The notes under the pieces: model-generated
Told to the model about the DNA's origin: nothing
What the model saw: the letters and a program-made list of their open reading frames with translations, nothing else
Database searches by the model: none
IMG/VR virus record: IMGVR_UViG_3300024999_000045
Span: 1 to 64,000 of that record
Direction: 5' to 3' (one strand)
Source: a virus
DNA length: 64,000 bases
Position numbers and translations under genes: made by a program
Shown: positions 40,161-50,196 of the stretch, in pieces
Layout: every line of letters starts with the position of its first letter
Numbering within the stretch: position 1 is the first letter of the stretch

Positions 40161-40169
40161 GTGATTAAT

Positions 40170-40379
40170 ATGGAACTTAAAGTAACGGGAATGGTTAGAA
40201 GAATAGATGATCTTGGGCGAGTTGTAATTCCAAAGGAAATAAGACGAACACTTAGATTACTCGAAGGCGATGCAATGGAAGTATTTATTACTGAAGATGG
40301 TGGAGTTTATCTTAAAAAGTGTGAATTTGAGCAAGAATTAGGAAGAATTGATGATACTTTGAATTTATTTAAGAATTAA
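40170..40379 (+). CDS. AbrB/SpoVT-family transcription regulator (single domain)
   Basis: TGMVRRIDDLGRVVIPKEIRRTL, the SpoVT/AbrB N-terminal signature; no C-terminal GAF domain. Confidence 0.9.
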   Translation: MELKVTGMVRRIDDLGRVVIPKEIRRTLRLLEGDAMEVFITEDGGVYLKKCEFEQELGRIDDTLNLFKN

Positions 40380-40617
40380 AAATAAAAATTATAAGGAGAT
40401 TGACATGAAATTATTTAAATTAATAGTATGTATTTTGTTAGTTATAGCAGGGACGATAAATTTGTTTTTAGCTTTTAAAAATCCTACAGTAGTTGAATAT
40501 TGGGGAAAATCAATATTAATGTTTTTACTTTATATTCATAATGATTTAGGAATGAAATTAGATGAAATAAAAGATTAAATAGAATATGTCATTTATTTAA
40601 AAGCGAAAGGAGAAAAT

Positions 40618-40980
40618 ATGATAGGTAAAACGTATAAAACAACAAGAATTAATGGAATATTTGGTGAAGTAAATATAGATTCTATTCAAATTGATAATGA
40701 ATATTCCAAAACAAGACACTATGAAGAAGAAATGGATATAGAAACAGGAAAAGAAATTAATTTTAAAGATGAAACACTTGGACTTCCAGACGGAATTAGT
40801 ATTGATACATATTTTAAAATGGCATTAATTCAGCAATTAGAGTCTATAAATAGAAGTTTGGGTGCTATAAATAAATATCCGCAAGTTACAGTAAAACTTG
40901 ATGAAGAAACTATTATTAAATTAAAAGATGGCAATGTAAACGATTTTATGAATACCTTAACAAGAAAAACAAAGAAATAA
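40618..40980 (+). CDS. Hypothetical phage protein
   Basis: AAGGAG RBS. Confidence 0.65.
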   Translation: MIGKTYKTTRINGIFGEVNIDSIQIDNEYSKTRHYEEEMDIETGKEINFKDETLGLPDGISIDTYFKMALIQQLESINRSLGAINKYPQVTVKLDEETIIKLKDGNVNDFMNTLTRKTKK

Positions 40981-40992
40981 AAAGGAGAAAAT

Positions 40993-41376
40993 ATGAACTA
41001 TCCAATATATCCAGATGATTTTGATGATAATAAAGATGGTGTTGCTATTAGCAATGAAAAAATTAATGAGTGGTTAATAGATGGTGTGATTTTTCTAGAA
41101 AGAAATAAAAATGAATTTAATTGGTTTTGTCAATCTGGTGATACAAGAGTTGAAGTTAGAAGAGTTTATTATGATAATAAAGGACTTGAACAAACTTACG
41201 AAGTAAATGTATTTAAGAAATTTGAATATGGTGGGTCAAATGTGTTTATGGTTGATAATCAAAACAAAGTATTGGACTGGTCGCTTTATAATAAAGAAGA
41301 GAATAAACGCCTAGAAATGTTAGAAGAAATAGACGAATTAGAGCAAAGAATCAAAGAATTGCGAGAAAGATTATAA
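40993..41376 (+). CDS. Hypothetical phage protein
   Basis: AAGGAG RBS. Confidence 0.65.
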   Translation: MNYPIYPDDFDDNKDGVAISNEKINEWLIDGVIFLERNKNEFNWFCQSGDTRVEVRRVYYDNKGLEQTYEVNVFKKFEYGGSNVFMVDNQNKVLDWSLYNKEENKRLEMLEEIDELEQRIKELRERL

Positions 41377-41394
41377 TTAAAAAGGAGAATAATT

Positions 41395-41613
41395 ATGACT
41401 AGATGTAAGTTTAATTGTGAATCAGTAACTAAGTTTGCAAATGGTTCTAAAGTTAATTTTAGAGCAGTAACTCATGGAAGTCCTGAAAACGAACAATTTT
41501 TTAAATGGACACCAAATGCAAATATGGAACTGCAATTAGTAAATGATGAAGTTGCAAAACAATTTGAACCAGGTAAAGAATATTATATTGATATTACAGA
41601 AGTAAATTTATAA
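41395..41613 (+). CDS. Conserved small phage protein
   Basis: EN..FFKWTP...L.N...A.QF.PGKEYY.D pattern familiar from many phages. Confidence 0.7.
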   Translation: MTRCKFNCESVTKFANGSKVNFRAVTHGSPENEQFFKWTPNANMELQLVNDEVAKQFEPGKEYYIDITEVNL

Positions 41614-41666
41614 TCAAACATAGATTTTATAAAAAATATAAACATAATAACAAGAAAGGAATATTA

Positions 41667-42236
41667 ATGGAAAAATACGAAGTTTTTAATAAGGAATTAA
41701 ATTATATTAAAAATGCAAAAATCAAAGAATTCACAACTGAAGTGTTAAAAATTGTACCAGATTATTTTTGGGAAGTTCCAGCTTCGAGTACGTTTAAGTA
41801 CCACCCCTCTCCATCTAGAGAGGTAGGGGGTTTAATTTATCATACTAAATCCGCTGTGAGATTCGCTGTCGAGATGTTTGGGTTTCATAGTATGCAAAGT
41901 TATGATAATACAATGCAAAGCATAATAATTTCTGCATTAATACTTCATGATATGGCAAAGTCAGGGATACCAAAAACACAATATACAGTAACAGAACATC
42001 CGTTAATTGCTGCTAATTATATAAGAGAGCACAAAGATATTTGTGAGATTTTAGATAAAGAAATTTTAGATAAAATTCTATCTGGAATAGAGACACATAT
42101 GACCGAATGGAATAAAGATTATAAGACAGGCAAAGAAGTTCTTCCATTACCGACTCAGGGATATCAAAAATACATTGGTATTTGTGATTATTTAAGTAGT
42201 AGAAAATGTATGACTTTGGATTTAGATGAGGATTAA
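41667..42236 (+). CDS. HD-domain phosphohydrolase
   Basis: KYHP...YHT, LILHDMAK, EHP, ETHM, CDYLSSR. Confidence 0.82.
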   Translation: MEKYEVFNKELNYIKNAKIKEFTTEVLKIVPDYFWEVPASSTFKYHPSPSREVGGLIYHTKSAVRFAVEMFGFHSMQSYDNTMQSIIISALILHDMAKSGIPKTQYTVTEHPLIAANYIREHKDICEILDKEILDKILSGIETHMTEWNKDYKTGKEVLPLPTQGYQKYIGICDYLSSRKCMTLDLDED

Positions 42237-42919
42237 TGGGTTTATTAAATAATATGGTTGGAAGAATTTTTGGAAAGTTAACGGTTATAGCAAGAGATGT
42301 TGATAAATTACAAAATACATATTGGATTTGTAAATGTAGTTGTGAAAGTGGCAAAACTAAATCAGTAAGAGGTTCACATTTAAAAGCAGGCAGAATTCAA
42401 AGTTGTGGGTGTTTATATAATAAAATAAGAGGTCAAAAACTGCCGAATAATCAGTTTATATTTAGAGATAATTATAAAATTGGAATAACTTATGACGGGA
42501 AAGAATTTTATTATGATGTTGAAGATGCTTATTTTATTGAAGAACATACTTGGTATTTTGATAAAGACGGTTATGTTATAACTAGAATTAATAACAAAGG
42601 TGTAAAAATGCATAAATTAATTATTCCAAGTAGCAGAAATGAAATTATAGACCATAAAAATCAAAATAAATTTGATAATAGAAAAGATAATTTAAGAAAA
42701 TGTGATTCTAGTCAAAGTGCTATGAATATTAGACGAAGAAACCACAATACAAGTGGTGTTACTGGAGTTGGGTGGCATAAAACAAGCAATAAATGGAGAG
42801 TTAGAATTAATTATAATAAAAAATCTGTTTTTCTTGGAGAATTTGAAAATTTCGAAGACGCAGTGAAAGTACGCAAAGAAGCAGAACAAAAATATTTCGG
42901 AGAATTTGCACCAAAATAA
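42236..42919 (+). CDS. HNH-AP2 homing endonuclease
   Basis: FGKLTVI...WICKCSC N domain, IDHKNQNKFDNRKDNL, NTSGVTGV AP2. Confidence 0.88.
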   Translation: MGLLNNMVGRIFGKLTVIARDVDKLQNTYWICKCSCESGKTKSVRGSHLKAGRIQSCGCLYNKIRGQKLPNNQFIFRDNYKIGITYDGKEFYYDVEDAYFIEEHTWYFDKDGYVITRINNKGVKMHKLIIPSSRNEIIDHKNQNKFDNRKDNLRKCDSSQSAMNIRRRNHNTSGVTGVGWHKTSNKWRVRINYNKKSVFLGEFENFEDAVKVRKEAEQKYFGEFAPK

Positions 42920-43005
42920 TAAAATATAAACATAATAATTAAATATAATTAGAGTTTATACTCTTTTATATAGATAAAAAACATAGATTAAACGGAGGAT
43001 ATAAA

Positions 43006-44181
43006 ATGGCTAAAAAAGAAGAAAAAAAGGCATTAAAAAAAGGTCAAGCAAATTTTCAATTAATTGGCAAAGTAAAGATTGGTGATTTTACTTATAAAAT
43101 CGACCAACAATCAAAAACTTCAGATTGGCTTTATAATCAAATGAACCTTGGTGTTGATTGTGGAGATGGTAATATTGTATATGCAGATATGATGGGTGGC
43201 TATGGCACAGAAAGAGACAACGTATTATATGTACATGGCAAGAAAAAATCAGATAATAGTGACAAACTTATTGATGACTATGAAAACAGATATACAATTT
43301 CTTGGGAAGATAGATTTGATGAAACATTAACTGAAGGTATTGGTGAAAATTGTTTTATAACAGTTGGAATAGAAAAAGATAGTAAAGGTAAAACATTTGC
43401 TAAAAAATTCTTATCACAATACGATGCAATAGAATATACAAAAGAACATTTAGAAGATGGAACTATTGTTAATGTTAAAGGTTCTTTAAAATATAGTGAA
43501 TATAATGAAAGTTTACAAATTAAAAAAGAAATAAACTCTATATTTTTATCAAAAGTTGAAAAAGAATCCGATTTTAAAGCAAAATTTACTCAAACAATAC
43601 TTGTTCATAGAGATAGTGTTAGTTTTGATAAAGATAGAGAAGTTTATAATATTGAAGCTTATATTGTAGACTTTCTTGGAAAACTTGATAATAGAAAGAT
43701 AAATGAAAATATAGTATATACAAAGGTTTTTGAAATGGCAGTTGACCAAACTAATCCAGAAAAAACTAATAAATTAATTTCTAAGATATTCAAAACTTCT
43801 AAAGGTCTTAAAGAAATTACAGTTGAAGGCGAATTAGTAGAAGGACAATCAATGACAAAAGTATCTGCCGATGATATTCCTAATGATATAAAAGAATTGA
43901 TTGAATATGGTGCAATTACACTTGAAGATTATCAAGGAAGAGCTGCTATTGGTGGAAATAAAGAAAAGAAAATGGTAATTAAAACTCCTTCAATTAAGTT
44001 TGTTGAAAAAGATGGAGCAAAATCTCCAGTTATTCTTATGGAAGAAAGTAAATATCAAGAAAGTGATCTAGTATTTTTACATCAATTTTTAGAAGAAGAA
44101 ATAGAAGAATTAGAAGAAGATAGTGACGAAGATGATAGTGAAGACTTAGATGATGATTTAATGAGTTTATTAAATGACTAA
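43006..44181 (+). CDS. Putative ssDNA-binding/OB-fold replication protein (SPbeta YorF-like position)
   Basis: First gene of replication operon; highly acidic C-terminal tail typical of SSBs. Confidence 0.55.
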   Translation: MAKKEEKKALKKGQANFQLIGKVKIGDFTYKIDQQSKTSDWLYNQMNLGVDCGDGNIVYADMMGGYGTERDNVLYVHGKKKSDNSDKLIDDYENRYTISWEDRFDETLTEGIGENCFITVGIEKDSKGKTFAKKFLSQYDAIEYTKEHLEDGTIVNVKGSLKYSEYNESLQIKKEINSIFLSKVEKESDFKAKFTQTILVHRDSVSFDKDREVYNIEAYIVDFLGKLDNRKINENIVYTKVFEMAVDQTNPEKTNKLISKIFKTSKGLKEITVEGELVEGQSMTKVSADDIPNDIKELIEYGAITLEDYQGRAAIGGNKEKKMVIKTPSIKFVEKDGAKSPVILMEESKYQESDLVFLHQFLEEEIEELEEDSDEDDSEDLDDDLMSLLND

Positions 44182-44209
44182 AATATAAATATAATAATAG
44201 GAGGTAAAT

Positions 44210-45187
44210 ATGGGATTCAGAGATTCTAATTCAAAACAAATAGGTGGTAAATTTTTAGTATATGGTGATACAAGTTCGGGTAAAAGTTTTTTTACCCTTA
44301 CTTTTCCAAAATTAGCTTCTGTTGATAGCGAAGCAGGACTTGCACATTACGAGGGTAGAGACGTTGTTATTAATAATAAAAAATACAACAATTTAGTTAT
44401 TGTTGATAATACTGCTGATTTAGAAGACTTAGAGGATAGCTTAGATGATTTACTTGATGGAAAATATGATGGTAAAATTGAAAGTTTTGCAGTTGATAGT
44501 GAAACAAAATTTTATAATACAATGCAAGTTGGTGCTATGGAAGTAGAAGAAAGAAGAGCAAGAAAAAAAGGTGAAGATGTTGACGATCAAACTGTATCAC
44601 AAAGGCAATGGGGTAGAATTAAATTAATCAATATGAAACTTCAACAAGCTAAAATAGATTTATCTACTAAAGGTGTTCACGTTGTTTCTGTTGCTCAAGG
44701 AATGGATTTAAGAGATAAAGCAGGTAAAAATGTAATAGGTGAAAAACCAGATATGCATAAATCAGTTCCATTTGATTATGATACTGTTTTAAGATTCTAC
44801 AAAGAAAAAGATAAAACTACTGGAAAAATAAAGTTCTTTGCAGAAGTTGAGAAAGATAGAACCGAAGTTACAAATATAGGAGATATTTTTGAAAATTGTA
44901 CTTTTGATGTTTGGAAAGATTATTACAATAAAAAATCTAAACTAGATAAAATGGTTACAAATTATACTAAAGACTTAAAAACTTCTACTGAAGGAATTAT
45001 GACTGATGCTGACAAAGCTGATGAATTAGTAAAAGAATTTAAGGAAAATTTGAAAAAAGTAGCACCTGAAAGTCAATCTTTGGTTAATTCAAAGATAAAA
45101 GAATTAGAACTTTCAGTTAAAAATTTAAATATTTCAGACACAAATAAACTTCAACAATTAGTTAATTATACAAAGTCATTAGTCTAA
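44210..45187 (+). CDS. RecA/AAA-fold ATPase (YorG/Sak4-like)
   Basis: Walker A YGDTSSGKS; FAVDSET Walker B; RQWGRIK. Confidence 0.7.
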   Translation: MGFRDSNSKQIGGKFLVYGDTSSGKSFFTLTFPKLASVDSEAGLAHYEGRDVVINNKKYNNLVIVDNTADLEDLEDSLDDLLDGKYDGKIESFAVDSETKFYNTMQVGAMEVEERRARKKGEDVDDQTVSQRQWGRIKLINMKLQQAKIDLSTKGVHVVSVAQGMDLRDKAGKNVIGEKPDMHKSVPFDYDTVLRFYKEKDKTTGKIKFFAEVEKDRTEVTNIGDIFENCTFDVWKDYYNKKSKLDKMVTNYTKDLKTSTEGIMTDADKADELVKEFKENLKKVAPESQSLVNSKIKELELSVKNLNISDTNKLQQLVNYTKSLV

Positions 45188-45197
45188 ACACAATATG

Positions 45198-45222
45198 GTG
45201 GGGATATAAATTATATCCCCAC
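45198..45222 (+). other. Perfect 11-bp stem-loop inside replication operon
   Basis: gtggggatata-aat-tatatccccac, no U-tract. Confidence 0.6.
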
Positions 45223-45236
45223 ACAATTATATTAGG

Positions 45237-45707
45237 GTGATTAAATTGAAAACAATAGATAAAGGAAAACAAAAAGACTGGCTTGAATTATGTGATTATG
45301 TACACAAAGAGATATTAGAGTATGAAGAAGATATGAAATTCCCTAAAAAATTAGCATTAAGATTAAAAGGGTTGTCTTCAGGACAATTTCTAGCAAATAA
45401 TACTTTGAAACCACAAGCAAATTATGAATATAAAACTATCCTTTATACTTTTAAAATATACAAAACTGAAATACTTCAGGCAGTGCAAAGAAAATGCTCT
45501 GACTTCAAAAGTGAAGAGCATAAATGGAATTATGTAATGGCTATAGTTGAGAATAAAATAAATGATGTAGTTATTATGTTAAAAAAGAATAAAAAATCTA
45601 TGCAAAAAACAGAAAATATAGATACTTCTAATCATTTTAATAATAGTGCAGAATATAAAAAGAAAACTATAGAAAAGAAAAATTCAACATTAAATAAACT
45701 GTGGTAG
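45237..45707 (+). CDS. Hypothetical replication-operon protein (YorH-like position)
   Basis: Between ATPase and helicase as in SPbeta-like phages. Confidence 0.6.
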   Translation: MIKLKTIDKGKQKDWLELCDYVHKEILEYEEDMKFPKKLALRLKGLSSGQFLANNTLKPQANYEYKTILYTFKIYKTEILQAVQRKCSDFKSEEHKWNYVMAIVENKINDVVIMLKKNKKSMQKTENIDTSNHFNNSAEYKKKTIEKKNSTLNKLW

Positions 45708-45715
45708 GTGATACT

Positions 45716-47209
45716 TTGGCAAAGAAAAATGATAAACTATCCGCTTTTGAAGAGGAGTTATTAAAGGGTATAAAAAAAGTTAAAGAATTTAAACTATCTT
45801 GCGAGGCTAATATAGTTTCTATTTTATACAAAAATCCCGACTTATATTATGATTATGAAAGTATCACAATAAAAAACTTTTCTTATAATGAGTGGAAGGT
45901 ATATTTTCAAATAGGTTATGACATTATTGTAAAAGAAAATAAAAAATCACTAGATGAGATTACGGTGGGTTTATATTTAGAAAAGCACTCTAAATTAAAA
46001 GAAAAATATACTGAATATGGTGGATTTGACACTATAGAAAAAGCCAAAGAATATGTAAAAGAAAAAAACATAATTGGATATGTTAATGAACTTCATAAGT
46101 GGAATACTGTTTTAGAATTGTTAAATAAAAAATTCCCAGTTGTAGATAGAATAAAAGAATTTGTTGATATGTCTTTAGAAGAAATGTATAACGAATATGA
46201 AGCTATTTTAAATCATGTTTTCATAAATGCAGAGAGTGATGACGCTTGTTATGATATAGCAGATAATATATATGAATTAATTGATGAATTAAATGAAGGC
46301 TCTGCAATCGGTATGCCATTACATAATGCCCCACTTCTGTCTAAAGAAATTGGTGGAGATTTAGTAGGAAATATTACTTTAGTTGGTGGACTAAGTGGTT
46401 CTGGAAAAAGCAGCATGGTTAGAACAACAAAAATACCTAGTGTTATTGAATTTGGTGAAAAATTAGTCATTATGATCAATGAAGAAGGTTTAAAAAAATG
46501 GCAACGTGAACTAATTGTTTGGGTTTCAAACAATATTTTTAAAGAAGACCTTCAGAAATATATTGTAAGGGACGGAAAATACAGTAAAGAAACTAAGGAT
46601 TTATTACTAAAATGTGCAGAATGGATTAAAAGTAATAGTGGATTAATAAAAGTAATTCCATTTAAAAAATATTCAACTAACAAAGCCATAAAAGTGATTA
46701 AAAAATATTCAAGTATTGGTGTTAAATATTTTGTATTAGATACATTCAAAGCTGATTCAAAAAGTAGTAATAACGATGCATTTTGGATTAATATGCAACA
46801 AAGTATGGTTGATATATACGACACTATAAAACCAGACCAAAAAAATGTACATATCACAATTACATTTCAACTTAGTAAAAGTAGTTCTAAACAAAGATAT
46901 TATACACAAGAAAATGTTGGTATGGCTAAAAATATGATTGATGTAGCTTCAACTTGTATAATGATTAGACAATTGTTTGATGATGAGTTTGAAGGTGAGA
47001 AAAAAGAATTAAAAGTATATAGGTTAGAAGGTAAAAATAATAAAACTAAAATACCAGTAAAATTAACTAAAAACAAGCATTATCAAGTAATTTTTATTGT
47101 AAAAAATAGAGAAGGTGCTAGTAATGATTATCAAATAGTAGTTGAACATGATTTAAGTAGAAATACTTATAAAGAAATAGGAATTACGACTGTACCAGTA
47201 GATTTTTAA
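45716..47209 (+). CDS. dnaB: Replicative DnaB-like helicase
   Basis: Walker A GGLSGSGKSS, FVLDTFK, ITFQL, FIVKNREG; TTG start behind AGGTG. Confidence 0.85.
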   Translation: MAKKNDKLSAFEEELLKGIKKVKEFKLSCEANIVSILYKNPDLYYDYESITIKNFSYNEWKVYFQIGYDIIVKENKKSLDEITVGLYLEKHSKLKEKYTEYGGFDTIEKAKEYVKEKNIIGYVNELHKWNTVLELLNKKFPVVDRIKEFVDMSLEEMYNEYEAILNHVFINAESDDACYDIADNIYELIDELNEGSAIGMPLHNAPLLSKEIGGDLVGNITLVGGLSGSGKSSMVRTTKIPSVIEFGEKLVIMINEEGLKKWQRELIVWVSNNIFKEDLQKYIVRDGKYSKETKDLLLKCAEWIKSNSGLIKVIPFKKYSTNKAIKVIKKYSSIGVKYFVLDTFKADSKSSNNDAFWINMQQSMVDIYDTIKPDQKNVHITITFQLSKSSSKQRYYTQENVGMAKNMIDVASTCIMIRQLFDDEFEGEKKELKVYRLEGKNNKTKIPVKLTKNKHYQVIFIVKNREGASNDYQIVVEHDLSRNTYKEIGITTVPVDF

Positions 47210-47226
47210 ATAGATTGGAGATATGT

Positions 47227-48300
47227 ATGGACGCATTTGAATTAAAAAACTATATTATTCAAAATGAAAAAATTAAATACATATTAGAAAATCTAGAATG
47301 TCATAATATAAAACAATATTCAACAGAATTTAGATGTGGACTTCCAGGTCATTCAAACAAAACTTCAATTTCAGTAAAGATAGAAAGTTTATCTATTGGT
47401 ATATATCAATCTGAAGATGAGACGGTTAGAGGAGATATATTTACCTTATGTATGCATTTGAAGTCTATTTCTTTTCCAAAGTCAGTTAAATATATACATG
47501 AGATACTTGGTTTAGAATATAGTTATACTAAAAAAGAAGAGAAAAAAGAAAAAAGAGATCCCTTAGAAGTCTTTAAAAAAATCAAAAGAAAAAATCATTT
47601 CACAAGTAATTTTGAAATTTATGATGAAAATAGTTTAATAGATTATCTACCATACCCTCATATAGAATGGTTGCGAGATGGAATTTCTGCTAAAACATGT
47701 GAGAGGTTTAAAATAGGATATAGTAATAAACATAAAAGAATAGTTATTCCTGTTAGATATTGGTGCGGTAGTGAAAATGACTTCATAGGTGTTATAGGAA
47801 GAACTACAGTGAAGACATATGAGGAATTCGATATACCTAAATATTTTCCTTTAATAAAATATTCTAAGAGTCTGAATCTATATGGGTTGCAAGAAAATTA
47901 TAATGGCATTCAAACAAAAAACCAAGTTGTAGTTTATGAATCGGAAAAATCTGTATTAAAAAGATTTACTAGGTTAGATGAAACTGGGGTAGCTGTAGGT
48001 TCACATTCATTAAGTGAAGAACAAATAAGAATACTAATTGGTTTGAATGTTGATATAACTATTGCTTATGATAAAGATATACCACTACAACATATTAGGT
48101 CTGAATGTGAAAAGTTTTATGGAATTAGAAATATAAATTATATTTTTGATAAGAGAGGACTTTTAAAAGAAAAAGAAAGTCCAGCAGATGCACATAATAG
48201 AATATTTGAATACTTATTAAAAAACAAAATCAAATATGATGAAAAAGAACATGAATTATATATTAAAAGTCTAAAAAAGGAGTTAAAACTGTGGACTTGA
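47227..48300 (+). CDS. dnaG: DNA primase (DnaG-like, Zn-binding + TOPRIM)
   Basis: RCGLPGH zinc domain, RIVIP...GRT, LYGL, VYESEKS, IAYDKD. Confidence 0.8.
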   Translation: MDAFELKNYIIQNEKIKYILENLECHNIKQYSTEFRCGLPGHSNKTSISVKIESLSIGIYQSEDETVRGDIFTLCMHLKSISFPKSVKYIHEILGLEYSYTKKEEKKEKRDPLEVFKKIKRKNHFTSNFEIYDENSLIDYLPYPHIEWLRDGISAKTCERFKIGYSNKHKRIVIPVRYWCGSENDFIGVIGRTTVKTYEEFDIPKYFPLIKYSKSLNLYGLQENYNGIQTKNQVVVYESEKSVLKRFTRLDETGVAVGSHSLSEEQIRILIGLNVDITIAYDKDIPLQHIRSECEKFYGIRNINYIFDKRGLLKEKESPADAHNRIFEYLLKNKIKYDEKEHELYIKSLKKELKLWT

Positions 48301-49031
48301 TAGGACAAAAATTTAACAGACTAACAATTACAAAAAAAACTCAAAAACCTTTAAATAGAAAATATAGTGGAACTTTTTGGTTATGTATATGTGATTGTGG
48401 TAATGAAAAAATTTTATCAACTGGTGAGATCAAAAGTGGAAACACAAAAAGTTGTGGTTGTTTAAATATAGAAAGAATAATTAATTATAATAAAGAGAAT
48501 AAAAAAAAGTATAATGTTTATGACCTAACAGGTGAATATGGCATTGGATATACCTCTAAGAACGAGGAATTTTATTTTGACTTAGAAGATTATGATAAAA
48601 TTAAGGATTATTCTTGGCATTTGGATAACAAAGGCTATGTTATTAATTCTAAAAATGAAAAACAAAAAATATGTTTTCACAGGTTAGTTATGAATTGCGA
48701 AGATAATTTAATAGTTGACCATAAAAATGGACACAAATCAAGAAATAATAATAGAAAAAACAATTTAAGAATATGTAGTCATAAAGAAAATGCTTGGAAT
48801 AGAAAGATTGTATCAAATAATAAAAGTGGACAAAATGGAGTTTGTTTTAGTAAAAAAGAGGCAAAGTGGAAGTCCTCAATCACAGTAAATAAAAAAAAGA
48901 TAAGTTTAGGTAGTTTTAATAATCTCGAAGACGCAATAAAAATAAGGCAAAAAGCAGAAATTGAATATTATGGAGAATATAAATATAATAACGAGGTATT
49001 AAAATATGAGAAAAACACAAAAACAACTTGA
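48291..49031 (+). CDS. HNH-AP2 homing endonuclease
   Basis: FNRLT...WLCICDCG, VDHKNGH...NNRKNNL, NKSGQNGV AP2; paralog of 42236..42919. Confidence 0.88.
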   Translation: MDLIGQKFNRLTITKKTQKPLNRKYSGTFWLCICDCGNEKILSTGEIKSGNTKSCGCLNIERIINYNKENKKKYNVYDLTGEYGIGYTSKNEEFYFDLEDYDKIKDYSWHLDNKGYVINSKNEKQKICFHRLVMNCEDNLIVDHKNGHKSRNNNRKNNLRICSHKENAWNRKIVSNNKSGQNGVCFSKKEAKWKSSITVNKKKISLGSFNNLEDAIKIRQKAEIEYYGEYKYNNEVLKYEKNTKTT

Positions 49032-50157
49032 ACAGATAAAAAAGAAATATAATATTAGTGAATTATGGAGTTGGAGCAAATATAATACATACAAAACAGA
49101 TAAATTTGAATATTTCTTGAAATACATCAAACAAACAAAACAAGATAGAAATGATTCTATATACGGTGCCAGTGGAAATGCTGCACATGATATTATAGAA
49201 AAGTTTTATAATAAAGAAATTAAATATGAAGAAATGATAGACGAATATGAAGACGCATTATTTAAATTTAATATAGCAAAATTAAAATATGATAGATGTG
49301 ATGAAGATAAAAATGAAAAAATAGCAAATAAATATGAAGAATGTATGAGACATTTTTTCTTAAATCATCAAATATTGCCTTATAAATTAATTTTAGAAGA
49401 GTTTTTATTAATAAAAGTTGGTGAATTTCTATTTCAATCATACTTAGACTGTGTTCATAAAGAAATTAGAGACGGAAAAGCAAAGTACCTAGTTACAGAT
49501 TTTAAAACATCGAGTATTTATACTGGTAAAAAAATAAACAAAGAACGTGGTCAATTAGTATTATATGCAGAAGGACTAAGGCAAAAATTAAATATACCAT
49601 TAGAAGATATAATAATAAGATGGGCATTTCTAAAATATGTTGAAGTTGAACAAATGCAAGCCAATGGCAAGGTCTCATATAGAAATATAGAGAGAAATAA
49701 AATTGGTGAAAGTTTAACTGCTGGTGCAAAAATGTGGTTAAAAAAAGAAAAATATAGTGAAGAAGAAATAGAAGACTTTATTTTTTTAATGGAAGAGACA
49801 AACAATATATTATGTTTACCAGAAAGTGTTAGAGAAAAATTTGTTATCAAAGATTGCTATGTTGAAATTCCACTAGATCAAAAAGTTATTGATGATTTAA
49901 AATCTGAAATCATAAGCACAATAATTGAAATTAAAAAACTTGAAAATGAATATATAAAAACTAAAAATGAAAAGTTATTTTGGCAAGATGTAGACAAAGA
50001 GCATTCATATTATATGGCTAATTTAAGTTCATATAGCAGAAATATACATAAACCATACGATGAATATTTAACAAATATTGAAATCATGAGTGGTGGAAGT
50101 AATAGTAAAAGAGATGATGACGATGATTTAAAAGATTTATTGAATTTACTTGACTAA
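49006..50157 (+). CDS. PD-(D/E)XK (RecB/Cas4-like) exonuclease
   Basis: SWSK, GNAAHDIIE, YLDC...VTDFKTS, QLVLYA. Confidence 0.8.
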   Translation: MRKTQKQLEQIKKKYNISELWSWSKYNTYKTDKFEYFLKYIKQTKQDRNDSIYGASGNAAHDIIEKFYNKEIKYEEMIDEYEDALFKFNIAKLKYDRCDEDKNEKIANKYEECMRHFFLNHQILPYKLILEEFLLIKVGEFLFQSYLDCVHKEIRDGKAKYLVTDFKTSSIYTGKKINKERGQLVLYAEGLRQKLNIPLEDIIIRWAFLKYVEVEQMQANGKVSYRNIERNKIGESLTAGAKMWLKKEKYSEEEIEDFIFLMEETNNILCLPESVREKFVIKDCYVEIPLDQKVIDDLKSEIISTIIEIKKLENEYIKTKNEKLFWQDVDKEHSYYMANLSSYSRNIHKPYDEYLTNIEIMSGGSNSKRDDDDDLKDLLNLLD

Positions 50158-50196
50158 ATATAAACATAATTATATAATAAATGAGGTGAAGGTTAT

